DNA of 64,000 nt from Cyanophora paradoxa CCMP329 (taxonomy: Eukaryota; Plantae; Glaucophyta): the NCBI GenBank assembly GCA_004431415.1, contig QPMI01000005.1, positions 682,001 through 746,000 of the forward strand, given 5' to 3'. This document shows positions 24,300 to 35,507 of this stretch, one piece after another. The translations under genes and the position numbers were made by a program. The stretch's first letter is position 1. Each line of letters starts with the position of its first letter. The notes under the pieces were generated by a model. The model ran no database searches. It was not told the DNA's origin and saw nothing but the letters and a program-made list of their open reading frames with translations.

Positions 24300-27200
24300 T
24301 CAGTGGACGCTCTCCACGTCGGATGCGTCGGCCTCCTCCTCCTCCTCATCCTCCAACTCCGACTCCGACTCCGACGCCGGCGCCGCGGCGTCGGCGTCGG
24401 CGTCGCAATCGCTCTCCTCCGACTCCTCGTCTCCGCCTTCGCCATCGGAATCGGAGTCGCCCTCGAGCTCGTTAACGTTCCCCCAGCCCACGCCGCCCTC
24501 CCCCTCGAACACGCGCCGGACCGCCTCGTCCGCCCGCGTCGCCTCGTCCGCCTGCGGCGAAGAAGTGCGTAAGATTAAAGTCAATATCTAGACTATCGGA
24601 GCAAGTTCTAGTCAAGACGTCGGGCTGCGTACGACAGCCTCCTCTAGGTCGAGGAACACGGTCCGGCCGAGTCGCCGGAGACAGTGCGAACCGGCGCCGG
24701 AGTCCTGCACGTGATCGCAAGTGAGCCTAATTATATATTATAAGGCGCCATCGAACTCGCGTTCGCTCATTTATGTGCCCGCGTAAGCAATCAAACAGCT
24801 GCACCTGCAGCAGTTTTTCCTCCACCACGTCCCAGAGGCGGACGGTCTCATCCCAGCTGCCCGACGCCAGCGTTTTGCCGTCCTGCATTCCCCGTGAGAC
24901 TCTTGAAAGCGCTCTAGCGCACACCAAACTCGACGCACAGAGGAGAACGCGAGCGACACGACCGAGTTCGTGTGCCCTTTGAGGGCAGAGAGCAGCGTGC
25001 CATCGACAACGCTCCACACAAGCACGTCATCGCCCTCGCTGTTGCCGGCGCCCGACGCCAGGACCTTGCCGCTCTGCATAAAGCGTCAATAAATACACAA
25101 GCGCGAGGAAATCCGGAATCCAACGGCGGCACCGGCGAGAACGCCACTGAAGCCGCAGAGGCGCTCTCCCCTTCGAAGACGCGGAGGAGGGCCCCGTCCG
25201 CGGCGCTCCACAGCCGAACGGCGCCGCTGCTGGTCGAAGCCAGCGTCGCGCCGTCCTGAATTTGGTTTTAATTTCCGCCGTTAGCATTCAGGTTCCAGCT
25301 TTTGAATTTAGAGATTATAATTAGAAACAAGGCATCGCGAGCAACGTTAACTCACCGGAGCGAATGCCACGCATTCTACTTCCCCAGGCTCGAGCTCGAG
25401 AACACGGAGCAGAGCACCGGTGTGCGCGTTCCACAGGCGCACAGTCTTGTCGTCACTTCCAGACGCCAGAGTCTCGCCGTCCTGCACGCCCCACGAATGT
25501 GAGCTCTCATATCCAATTTAAGACGTCGACCTGACTACTTGTTACTTTTACTTTTTTAAGTTTTACCTTCATTTCTAGGTACAGAGATGTAGATCTGATA
25601 CAATAATAAAACTGCAGGCTCACCGGCGAGAACGCCACTGACGTCACGGAGCCCGCGTGCCCCTCGAGCGCCAGGGTGCCGAGAAGCGCCGCGCGGCCGC
25701 CCCCCGCGTCCTCCACGCGCCACAGCCGCACGGTCTTGTCGGCGCTGCCCGACGCCAGCGTCCTTCCGTCCTGCGTTCCCAAGGTTTAACGAGCTTCGAA
25801 ACTCACTCGTTCTCCCCTTCTAGATCTGATGCGAGAACGGAGGCACCTGCGAGAATGCAAGCGACGTAACTTCACCACTATGCTCCTTGAGGGCGCAGAG
25901 AGCGACCCCTTCCGCCACGCTCCAGAGCCGTACGACCTTGTCCTCGCCACCCGACGCCAGGACCCCGCCGCGCTGCGCGTCCTTCGAGCATCAGCTTATC
26001 GCTAACGCAGCTTATGGCAGCTCATACGGCGCACCGGCGAGAATGCCACTGATTTCACATGCGCATCCTTTGTGCTCGCTCTGAGTACTCGGAGCAGCGT
26101 CCCATCTTCTGTGCTCCAAAGCCGCACTGTTTCATCGATGCCACCCGAAGCTAGCATCTTGCCATCCTGCGCAAAAGCTTCCGTCAAAACAGAGCACGAC
26201 TTCCCAATGAATGACCGTTTGCACCGGTGATAGTGCCACCGAGTCCACACTCCATATGTGCCCGTCACAGGCACGGTGGGCCACTCCTTGCGTCATGCTG
26301 AACAGTTGCACAGTTTTGTTCTCACCGCCAATGGCAAGCACGCATCCATCCTGTCGGCCAAGCGAGCATGAGCTCGCAGTCGGGAAGAGAACAGACCCTA
26401 GGCGCTTCGTGCTCGTACCCGCGAGAGCGCCACCGACTTGACGCCCGCTGTCGGTCTCCCAACGACCCGGAGCAGCACCCCCTCCTCCACGCCCCACAGC
26501 CGAACGCCCCCGTCTCCACTCCCCGACACCAGCGTCTTGCTGTCCTGCGTGGTCCACGAGCGTGAGCTGCAGCGTCATTGAATAAAGCTCCCTTTCCCGC
26601 CCTTCTGCCATCCTCTAGCTATTTGATTCAGCCGACCTATAGCTAGCTATAGCTCGCAGACATAAATAAAATAGAGCGGACCCACGTGAACGCCACCGAG
26701 TAGATGTCGTTGATTGAATAGTACGGCTGATCGAGTTTTCGAAGCGCAGCGCCGTCCGTCGGGCTCCACAGCCGTATTGAATGGTCCTCACTGCCCGACG
26801 CCAGAGTCCTGCCATCCTGCACGACCCGCATGGGATGATTGAGCAGTGAGCACACCGCCCAAACTCTAGATCTTGTAGTCCTTCAAACGCAAGCGGCGGC
26901 GCGCACCGGCGAGAACGCCACCGAGCGGACGGCACTTGAGTGCCCCTCGAGGGAGAGAAGCAGAGTCCCTTCCGCCACGCTCCAAAGCCGCACGGTCGTG
27001 TCGGCGCTGCCTGAAGCCAATGTCTCGCCGTTCTGCGCGCCCCGCCAACATGATTGTTCTGTCTTGCAAATTAAAAAAGCCGGAAGGTAAAGCGCACCGG
27101 CGAGAATGCGACTGAACGAATTTTGGCATTATGACTTTCCGTCGAGAACGCGATTCGATTTCCTTTCGAATCTAGACCTGCCACTGTTCTCGAAAGCACG

Positions 27201-30200
27201 CGGATCAGTTTCCCGTCTGCTACTCTCCACAGCTTCAAGGTCTTGTCTTTGCCGCCAGATGCGATCTTTCCATCCTGCTCAGGGATTTTCGAAAGTGATG
27301 TGAGCGTCATTTCAGAGTCGTGATCAGACAGCCAAGCAAGTTCTATATCTAGGCCCGTAACCCAAACAAATTCTCTTAGCTCAAAAATCAACAAGTCGAG
27401 CAACGTATCTCGAATTTCAGCACATGCCACAGTTAAACCAAAGCTCCCGTGCCCCACGTATATGCAATACAAATCCGTCCCAAGCGTTGCGACGCGCAGC
27501 GCACCGGCGAGAAAGCCACCGCGAGAACACCGCCCGCGTGCCCCTCGAAGCTTTGGATCGCTTCCCCGTCTGGAAAGCGCCACAGCTTCACGGCGGCATC
27601 CTTGCCACCCGATACCAGCGTCTTTCCGTCCTGCGCACACGTATAACGTGAAAACATAGGTAGGTAAAAAGAGCAGCGAGAGGACGTAAGACCGCACTGG
27701 AGACACAGAAATGGAGTGCACGGGTCCCTTGTGCGCCCTGAAGCGCTTAACCTCGCGGTGGGTTGTGGCATCGATAATGCATATTTTCCCGTCTTTGCAT
27801 CCAGAAGCGACCAGGCGACCGTTCTGCATGCAAAGATCATAAAGGACGATGAAGCTCATCAAGCTGATGTGCGCACCTGATCATGAGCCGGCGCGAACGC
27901 AAGACAAAGCACTTCCGATTCAAGATCGTATGCAGATAACAGGCCCAGGCTGCAGCCGGTGAGGTCGGCGCCCCGCAGGTCGGCCCCCGCGAGGTTAGCC
28001 TCGTCCAGCAGCGCTCCGCTGAGGTCCGCCCCGCGCAGGTCCGCCCCCGCGGCCTCGAGCCGGAACAGGCGTGCTCCGGGCACACGCACGCCTCGAAGCG
28101 ACTTCCCGGCAAACGAGACGCCAGCTGCCAAACGTCAGCGGAAAAGTAAAGGGCACCCCTCTTTTTATTTTGCAGAGCTGTGGTATTTGAGAAGGATGAA
28201 CGACGGACCGAGGTTCAAGATGGTCATAGCATTGGCAGATGCAACGGGGGAGCCGCCGCGCGCCGACTCGCGCAGGCATTGCCAGAGTGCCTAACGCGCA
28301 ATTTGTTAGAGGTTTAAACAAGCTTAAGCGCCCGTGAAAATGAATGTCGGCGAACCTCTGCAAAAGGCGGCTCGGAGCGGGCGCGATCCGCGAGGAGCTC
28401 AACGACGGCCCAGTCATCCACCAGCAGTTTGCTGCTCATCCTGCCCAGATCTAGAGATTGTACTACTTTCGCAAGCTCTTGCGGTTCCATGGGGACCGAA
28501 GCGTCCAGATTGGGGAGGATGCTGTCGGCGAGAAAGTACTCTTTCAGCGAAGCGTGCACGAAGCTGTATGAGACCTTGACGTCGCCCTCTCTCGACCGCG
28601 TGAGCGGGGCCGCTTCCAGAAATGCGCCATTGGCCTCGGCAGTCAGGAACGCAGTCGCTTCTGCAGTTGCGTCGCGATCACAATTGTCGTCGACGGCGGA
28701 ATCGCTGTCGACGTCCACCCGCACAGAGAAGACCGTCGTATTCTGTCGTCATCGCGATCGTATATATGCACACGCAATTGTGATGAGCCCGCGATCGCGA
28801 GCACAAACGAGAAAAGCCATTCAATTAATGTCCGACAGCAGACCTTCCTGTCCATCATGACGGCGAGCTTCCGGCAGAAGTTGCGGCACTTGGCGGCGAA
28901 GTCGACGAAGCGCCCCTGTCCCTCGCGTTTTCGCTCTTCCCGCTCGAGCAACTCCGTCACATACGCTTTATACACGTCTCGCATCAGCACACGTGCAACG
29001 CCCATCTTCCCCTTCGCTAGCGCTCTCCTGCAACCGCCAAGCCTGAGATAAGCAAAAAATAACAGATTCAGAAGCCGTGCACATTTTCTCGATGATCAAC
29101 GGGAGGGCTCTGCAGGTAATGAAGAGGACGAAAGGCGTGCGGATGATGTTGAATAGGCCGAGGATCGTGTTGATCTGCTCCTTGTACCACTCGCAATTGT
29201 GCTCTGAGTCTGACTGTAACTTAAGCCATTGCTCAATGTACGCCCCAATTTGGTCCTGTTCGAAGGGGCATGTCCACGCCTCGCATAATTGTTTCTGATC
29301 GCGATCGACTTCTGCATCCAGCTCCGATATCGCTGCAGGTTCTAGCAAGAAGAACTTCTGCCGACAGAAAAGGCAGATGTAAGATAACTGAAACGACGAG
29401 TAGTCGGACAATCATGATCACAATGATACCTTCGATTTCGAATCACCCCCCAAATTCAACAAATACTGGGCGCGGCAGGTGACAACGACACGGGCAGCCC
29501 ACGACTTGAGATCTGGGTACAAGATGTGAAGACCGTTTCTTAAACGGGCCTGAAGGCCTGCCTTTGTGAGAAGCTCCTCGACGAGGTCCCGGTTCGCGAC
29601 GGATACGTTGGGCAGGGAAACGAGAATGGGAAAAGGGGAGCCAGAGCCCGGCTGCCACTGCTCGAGCAGGCGCCTGTGCAGCCGCCGCAGGCTCGTCGTC
29701 TTGCTGCAGCCGGAGTCGCCTGTAGGGTCGGGATTTTAACTTGAAAGAACGGTGTATTTTCTGTTAACGACAGCAAGACGACTGCATGATGTCTCACCGG
29801 TGAGAAGGAGCACGCGGTGGCCGGCTGTGCCCCTGCCAGGCGCGGCGCCGGAGACCGCAAAGGCGTCAAGGGCGGCGTCGAGGTCGAACCGGCGCGTGCC
29901 GTCCGCCGCGAGGCACCCCTCGCGGTCCGCAGCAGCCCGCACAGGCATGTACACCTCCTTCTCCATCTCTTTCTCGTATCGCTTGAGCTTCGTTTCTCGC
30001 ACCTGGCACGCTATCAGCTAAAGGCAAATTAAAGAGCTGTGCTGCACAAAGGTAGGATGCACCCCGTTTAACGCGTCGTAAAGCTGAAGCGTGGGATTTC
30101 TCTCCGCCTCGGCCTTGAGGGCTTCCATGACGAGCGCACTCCACTCTGTACACGCATATGGTACTGGTCGAAGGCGTGTCCCAGATCTGGCGCCGGACTC

Positions 30201-32707
30201 CAGATCGATTTTAAAGCGCTTCGCTGCAGCCCTGACGGCGTCCTGCGCGACCTCACGCTTTTCTAGCCGCCGCAGTGCCTGCAGGGCTTCCACCGGAGCA
30301 GCCCCGCGACTGTCGACGTCCAGAGCCGCCGCCTGCGCCAGCGCCTCCGCCACCGCCTGCAGCTGCGAGCCGACGCCGTCCTTGAGCCCCGCCGCTGCGT
30401 CTGCGCACGCCTCCAGCAGCTTCACTGCGGAGACCGCGGCAGCCGCGCCTCCCTCGCCGCCATCCTTAGGCTCGATGACCTAAGCCGGCATTATATAAGC
30501 GCAGGCGCACTGAAGAATGGCGGGCCGCACGGCTAAGAGGGCGGAGCAGAGGGCGAGAGTGAGGTTCCCGGAGCAGGCAACCTCCTCCATTGCCTGCCTG
30601 CCCAAGAGCCCTTCCAACTCCTTCATCCGGCCCCTCCGAGCCAACGCCCTGATTATCTGCGCCCGCGCAATCCTGCGCAGTGGCAGCGGCATCACCATGC
30701 GGGGCTGTGCATCTGGTCGAAGTCGCTGGACTCTGAAATGACTCACCAGGCCCCGGCTTTCTCCGGCTTGTCGATGCCGAAAGAGATCCGGAAGTCGTCC
30801 CAAATCTCCCGCAGTGTTTCCGGCGCCTCGCCCGCCTTGTCCTACGCATACGGCGAACTCAGAGCGCGCGACATGATTACGAAGAGAGAGATAGACGGGG
30901 TACATATACAGACCTTTATCTTCAGTACAATGTCGATAATGTTCGTGACACAAAAGCTCGTCACTCCCTGCGCCACCCACTTTCCAGCTTTGTACAGCTT
31001 CTCTAACAACCGGACTGCGCCACGAACTTCAGCAGGGATGCCAAGACTTAAAGTGCTCGCCTCGAGAACTAGAGCGGCGCACCAGCAGCCTTGGCACGGC
31101 GGATGAACTCTCCGAGACGCGTGTAGTCGGAGGCCGCACACATTAAGGCCTGCAGCACATTCAGGGAGGCAGGCCGTGTGCAGTCCAAGCAAAGGGGGGG
31201 ACGTACTTCGCGAGCTAGGCAGGCTGCCGCCTCCGCTCGCCATGAGCCCGCCTCCTCCGCCCGCTTCGCAATCTCTCTCAGCCGCTCATTCAGTGGTATC
31301 ACCTCCTTCTCGTAACTCAGCTGTCGCCCGGCCACTGCGAGTGTCTCAGCTGCCGCTTCACACTGGCGAGGGCGATCGCAACAGCGAACCTTCAGCTGGA
31401 GGGCCGCCCTTGTTGGTTTCCTCGAGGGCGGTGAGAGCCGCTCCGACGAACTCGAGGCGTGCGAGGTCGTCGTTGTCATCTATGCCGGCCCCCTCCACGT
31501 CTTTCAGCTGCGCCGCCGTCACGGGAAGAATGCGCCAGTGAGCAGAGCACGCATGCAGGCCGCTGCACCTGTCTGGAGCAGAAGCTGATGAGTTTCTTCC
31601 AGTTGGAGGAAGTAAAGGTCCTGCGCGGGAGGCAGAAGAATATCCCAACAAGCGCTGCCAGCACGTCGCTATCCACCAGCACCGCCCTCTCCACCCGCTC
31701 CAGCAGCACGTTCACCAGCTGCGTGGCGTCAATGTACGCGTAATAGTTAGATGAAGGCTGCCGGGCGGCGCGCCTTCTGACAGAGCTGCGGATCCCCCGA
31801 AGCCAGGAGGCCGCACACGTCGGCAAGTTTGCCCTCACTTGGCACTTCGATGGCCGCGAATGCCGAGAGCGCTACGGATCCGGAGCGGCTCAGGACGCGC
31901 GCGCGAGATGGTAGCATGCAGATCAGGCGCACCGCTGTCACAGAGGTCACGCAATCGAAGCCGTGTGGCTTTGAGTTTCTGCAGCTTGTCATCACCCGCC
32001 GCGGCCTGCACGATCGAAAGCTGTAGCGCTTGCCCTGCAGGACCGTCCATGGCGCCCTCTCCGCGACGAAAAGCAGCCTCAAAAGCGGCCTCGCCGGCGG
32101 CGACGAGGCGGAGGAGGGCGGCGAGCTGCGCGATGCTGCGCGCCTCCCGCAGCTGTAGCGCCTGCAGCTCCTCCAGCGGCGGTCCGACGCCCAGCGACGG
32201 ATCCTCCAGATGCAGGTCTACGTCCTCCCAATCCGGTGGCGCCGACTTAACGACGTCACGCCCAGGGTCGCCTGCTGCTGCACCTGCGCACGCAGCTGCG
32301 CGTGCTGCAGTCGGTAATGGGACAGCTGCAGCTGGCTTGCTGTTTGACGCTTTCTTGCTACGAGTGCGGCAGCTCCGCAAAACTGGCCAGGGGCAGGGGC
32401 AGGGGCAGCGGGGAGTACTTGCAGGTGTGCTGCCGCTCTTTGCTGGTTGCTGCGTGCGCGCCGGCTTCTCATGAACTGGCGGCGGCGAGTTGTCAAAGTC
32501 GTTTGGAGGATTGAGAATGACGAGAGAGACGTCTTCAGGATTAGAAGCGGTCGTAATTACGGATTTCATGATCAGCTCGCGATCTACGGGTGGCACTTTC
32601 GCAACGGGTGCTGCGGTTGGAGCTGCGACCGTGGCTAGCGCTGCGGCCGCGGCGCCGGCTGCAGGCGCAGCTGGGCGCGGCTTGGGTTTGCTGCACCCAC
32701 AGCCCAT
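24300..32707 (-). CDS. NLR-like STAND protein: acylated N-terminus, helical region, NACHT-like domain, pentapeptide repeats, ~14 WD40 repeats, acidic tail
   Basis: Starts MGCGCSK. NACHT-type motifs: VLLLTGDSGCSKTT, PILVSLP, RVVVTCRAQYL, PFEQDQIGAYI, IIRTPFVLFI, YSFVHASLKEYFLA. Then ASANAMTILNLAGVSFAGKSLRGVRVPGARL..ADLRGADLSGALLDEANLAGADLRGADL, and DGxTLASGSxDxTVRLW..VAFSP repeats at 27823-24805. D/E-rich last exon with stop at 24300. Confidence 0.9.
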
Positions 32708-33153
32708 CGCGGGACAGGCGGTCGCACCCTGAAGGCACGGAAAGCCTCGATGGATGGCCCCTGCGCACATTCGAGCGCATCAGCAGCTGCGCGCGGCGCC
32801 GGGGATGCGGGAGAGATCAAATGGCCCGCGCACACGCTCCCGACTCCCGCAGACACGCGAAGGGGCACTGAAAACTGCTGGATTGATGCCAACTTCTCGC
32901 GCGCTGCTCGCCCTGCTCGCATTCGCGCGCTCGCTCGCTGGAGGTGGATGCTGCGACGCGTCCAAGGTGCGCCTTCGCCAAGCCGCGACCTCTCTCGAGG
33001 CTGCGGGCCGCACCAGCCCAGCCCTAACGCTTCGCTTCGGCGCGGCCATCAGCCCGAAACCGGACCGGCGCAGCCTTGACCTGTACCCCGCTTCGCTCAA
33101 AAACACCTGTAGCCCCCACTGCTGTCAGCGCGGTCGTCTGCGAATCATTAGCG

Positions 33154-33693
33154 ATGGTGCGGAAGCACGTTCTAGCCTGCTCCGTGCCATCTGAGCGCCA
33201 AGCGCAGTCGCGGAAGAACAACAAGCAGAATCGGAAGAAGCACGTGGCGAAGCTCATCGAGAAGGAGCGGGAAGAGACGAAGAAGCGCCAGGAGCGCAAG
33301 GAGAAGAGGGAAGAGGTGCGCTCGCCGCGGCTCTTCGGCCAGCGCTGCACTTCCCAATCCCCGTGCTGACTCCGCCGGCTCGTGCGCCCACGCTGCGCTT
33401 CGCCTGCGCGACGAGTGCAGAAGCAGAAGTGAGTGGCCGCCCTGCGCGCATCGGCGCCCCCCGATCGCGACTCCTCTGAACGCTTAGCTAAGCCTGCGCC
33501 ACGCGCCCGCCGCAGGATGAAGATGGAAGCGGAGACCTTCGGGTGAGCCAGCGGTCGCGCAGTGGCCTGCGCCGCGCCCCCGCGCCTCACGCCGTGCTGC
33601 AGGAAGCAGAAGAAGGAGAAGAAGCACACCAAGACGTCGAAGAGCCCGTACGCGCGCCCCGACAAGAAGAACAAGATGGACATGTCCGATTGA
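33154..33693 (+). CDS. Small Lys/Arg-rich protein of unknown function (4 exons including an 8-nt microexon)
   Basis: Exons 33154-33315, 33421-33428, 33516-33542 and 33603-33693 splice in frame: MVRKHVLACSVPSERQAQSRKNNKQNRKKHVAKLIEKEREETKKRQERKEKREEKQKMKMEAETFGKQKKEKKH..KMDMSD*. Confidence 0.7.
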
Positions 33694-34198
33694 TTCCTTT
33701 CCGCGCCTCCTACTCCTCTGGCTCCCTTTCCCGCCCCGCTGCCCTTCCGCTGCGGCCGGGGCGCCGCGGCGCTGTGCTTTGCATCCTCCATCCATTCTCC
33801 CGCCCGCCTCCTTCGCCGTTGACGGCGCCGCGCTGGACTCTTGTTCGCCTATTCCACTCCCCCCCCCCATTTCTCCGTCGCCCATTCTCTCTCTCGCGTG
33901 TGCGGAGCAGCTTCGTAGACTATTAGGTTCGTTTTTGCTTTTAGTCTTTGCGGATAGTTTCAGGCAGGATGTCGTCGCTCTCGTGTGCATAATAGTCTTG
34001 ATGGATACCGATACTCAGCACGGCTCAATTGCAATGCTCTATTAATATTATTGAGATTTTCAAACATGCGGACAGAGAGAAGGCGAGCAGACCTAGGCAG
34101 AAGAAGGCTAGCTAGCGTAGTAGCGTAATAGCGCCTGTGTGGCATGCGCAGGCGCTCCCCTAGCTAGCTAACGCACGCAGCGGAACGGCGCGCCGGCT

Positions 34199-34359
34199 TC
34201 ACTTGCGGATGAACTTGTCGTATGCCATGAGCCAGTTCACAGCGGTGGCGCGGCCTGCGCGCGCGGGCGGGCGGATCGGCCGGGGGGCGAGGGGGGGGAG
34301 GGGGGGGGGGGGCAGGAGGGGGGTGGGGGTGGGGTGGGGTGTGTGTGTGTGTGTGTGTG

Positions 34360-34398
<39 letters not shown>

Positions 34399-35395
34399 AA
34401 ACAGCGCACGAGTCTTGCGAGGGAAGAGCTCGCCGATCTGGGGTACGTTGAGCAGAAGGGGGGCAGCGGACGGGGCTTCGCATACCTTGTAGCCCTCGAA
34501 CTTGAGTTCGTCCTTCAGCAGCTGCTTGCCCTGCTCCGGAGTCGAGCGGGTGAGCTTGACCATCGGGGGCCGGCAGCCTGCGGGCGGGCGGGCGGGCGGG
34601 CGGGCCGAGCGCCCGGCCTGGTGAGGGTCTGCGAGAGGGGCTCGAGGAGCGAGACCGACCGATGAAGTCGGGCGGAGAGACGAAATCTGTGTTGAAGGGC
34701 GGCAGGACGCCCTCGACGGACCAGGCGCCGTCGACGTAGCGGTAGCCGAGGCAGTAGCCGAGGAGCGCGTTCACGAACCTGTCCGAGATCTCCGGCTTCT
34801 CGTCGTTGATGATATCCTGCGAGCCGAGCGCCCGGCGCGCGCTGCGTGAGCCCCCTGCTAGAAGCGTCCGCCGAGCGTTTCGAGCTCCGCACGGGAGCGC
34901 ACCCACATCTGCGCAGGACGTGGGCGGGGCGCGTGCACGTGAGCGAGATGCGAGATGAGGCGCGTACCAGAGCATGCGTGATCTCCGGATCCTCGTTGTC
35001 GCGGAGCGGGATGGAGATCTGCGGCGCGAGCTCGCCCTCGCCGGGCCAGGGCCAGTCGAGCCAGCTAGGACGGCCTGGCGCGCGCCTGGAGTCAGAAGTG
35101 CGCGCGAAGCCACGCAAGCTACACAGCGAAAGCGCTCCGAAGGCGGGCGGGCGCTCGCACCATCGGCCGAAATGACGGGAAGCGGCTGGGGTGCGGTCGT
35201 GTGGACGAGCGGAACAGCTTTGATGGCCGTGAACGATACGGAGGAACGAACTGCCTCGCCGACGAAGGTGCGGCGAGCGGCGCGGGCCGCCGAACGGCTG
35301 GGCTGCGGGCGCGTCGGAGCGACGACGCTCGAGAGCTGAACGCCCGAGCTGGTCGCCTGGCGCGCCGCGGGGGCTGGGCACACGAATGCGTTCAT
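34199..35395 (-). CDS. DUF1823-family protein with N-terminal plastid transit peptide
   Basis: Spliced core MWDIINDE..SDRFVNALLGYCLGYRY..W..PPDFIGCRPPMVKLTRSTPEQGKQLLKDELKFEGYKIGELFPRKTRRATAVNWL matches cyanobacterial DUF1823 as I recall it (LGYRY, VKLTRS, KQLLK, GYKIGE, TRRATAxNWL). The leader is Ser/Ala/Arg-rich and begins MNAFV. Confidence 0.85.
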
Positions 35396-35507
35396 CGCTG
35401 CGCGTGGCGCTTCGAGTCTTGGTGGACGGCTTGTCGCGGTATCCCCCGAGGTCGATGCCGACCGAGCAGCCGATGCCAACCGGAGGGCCGTAGCATTCAG
35501 CGGAAGG

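Noticed and set aside
26490-26530. Suspected frameshift in a WD40 exon
   Set aside because: Recounting the G run gives an intact frame, DSKTLVSGSGDGGVRLWGV.
34280-34395. Long poly-G/(GT)n run, and poly-C at ~57180
   Set aside because: Simple intronic or intergenic homopolymers of unreliable length with no specific function supportable.
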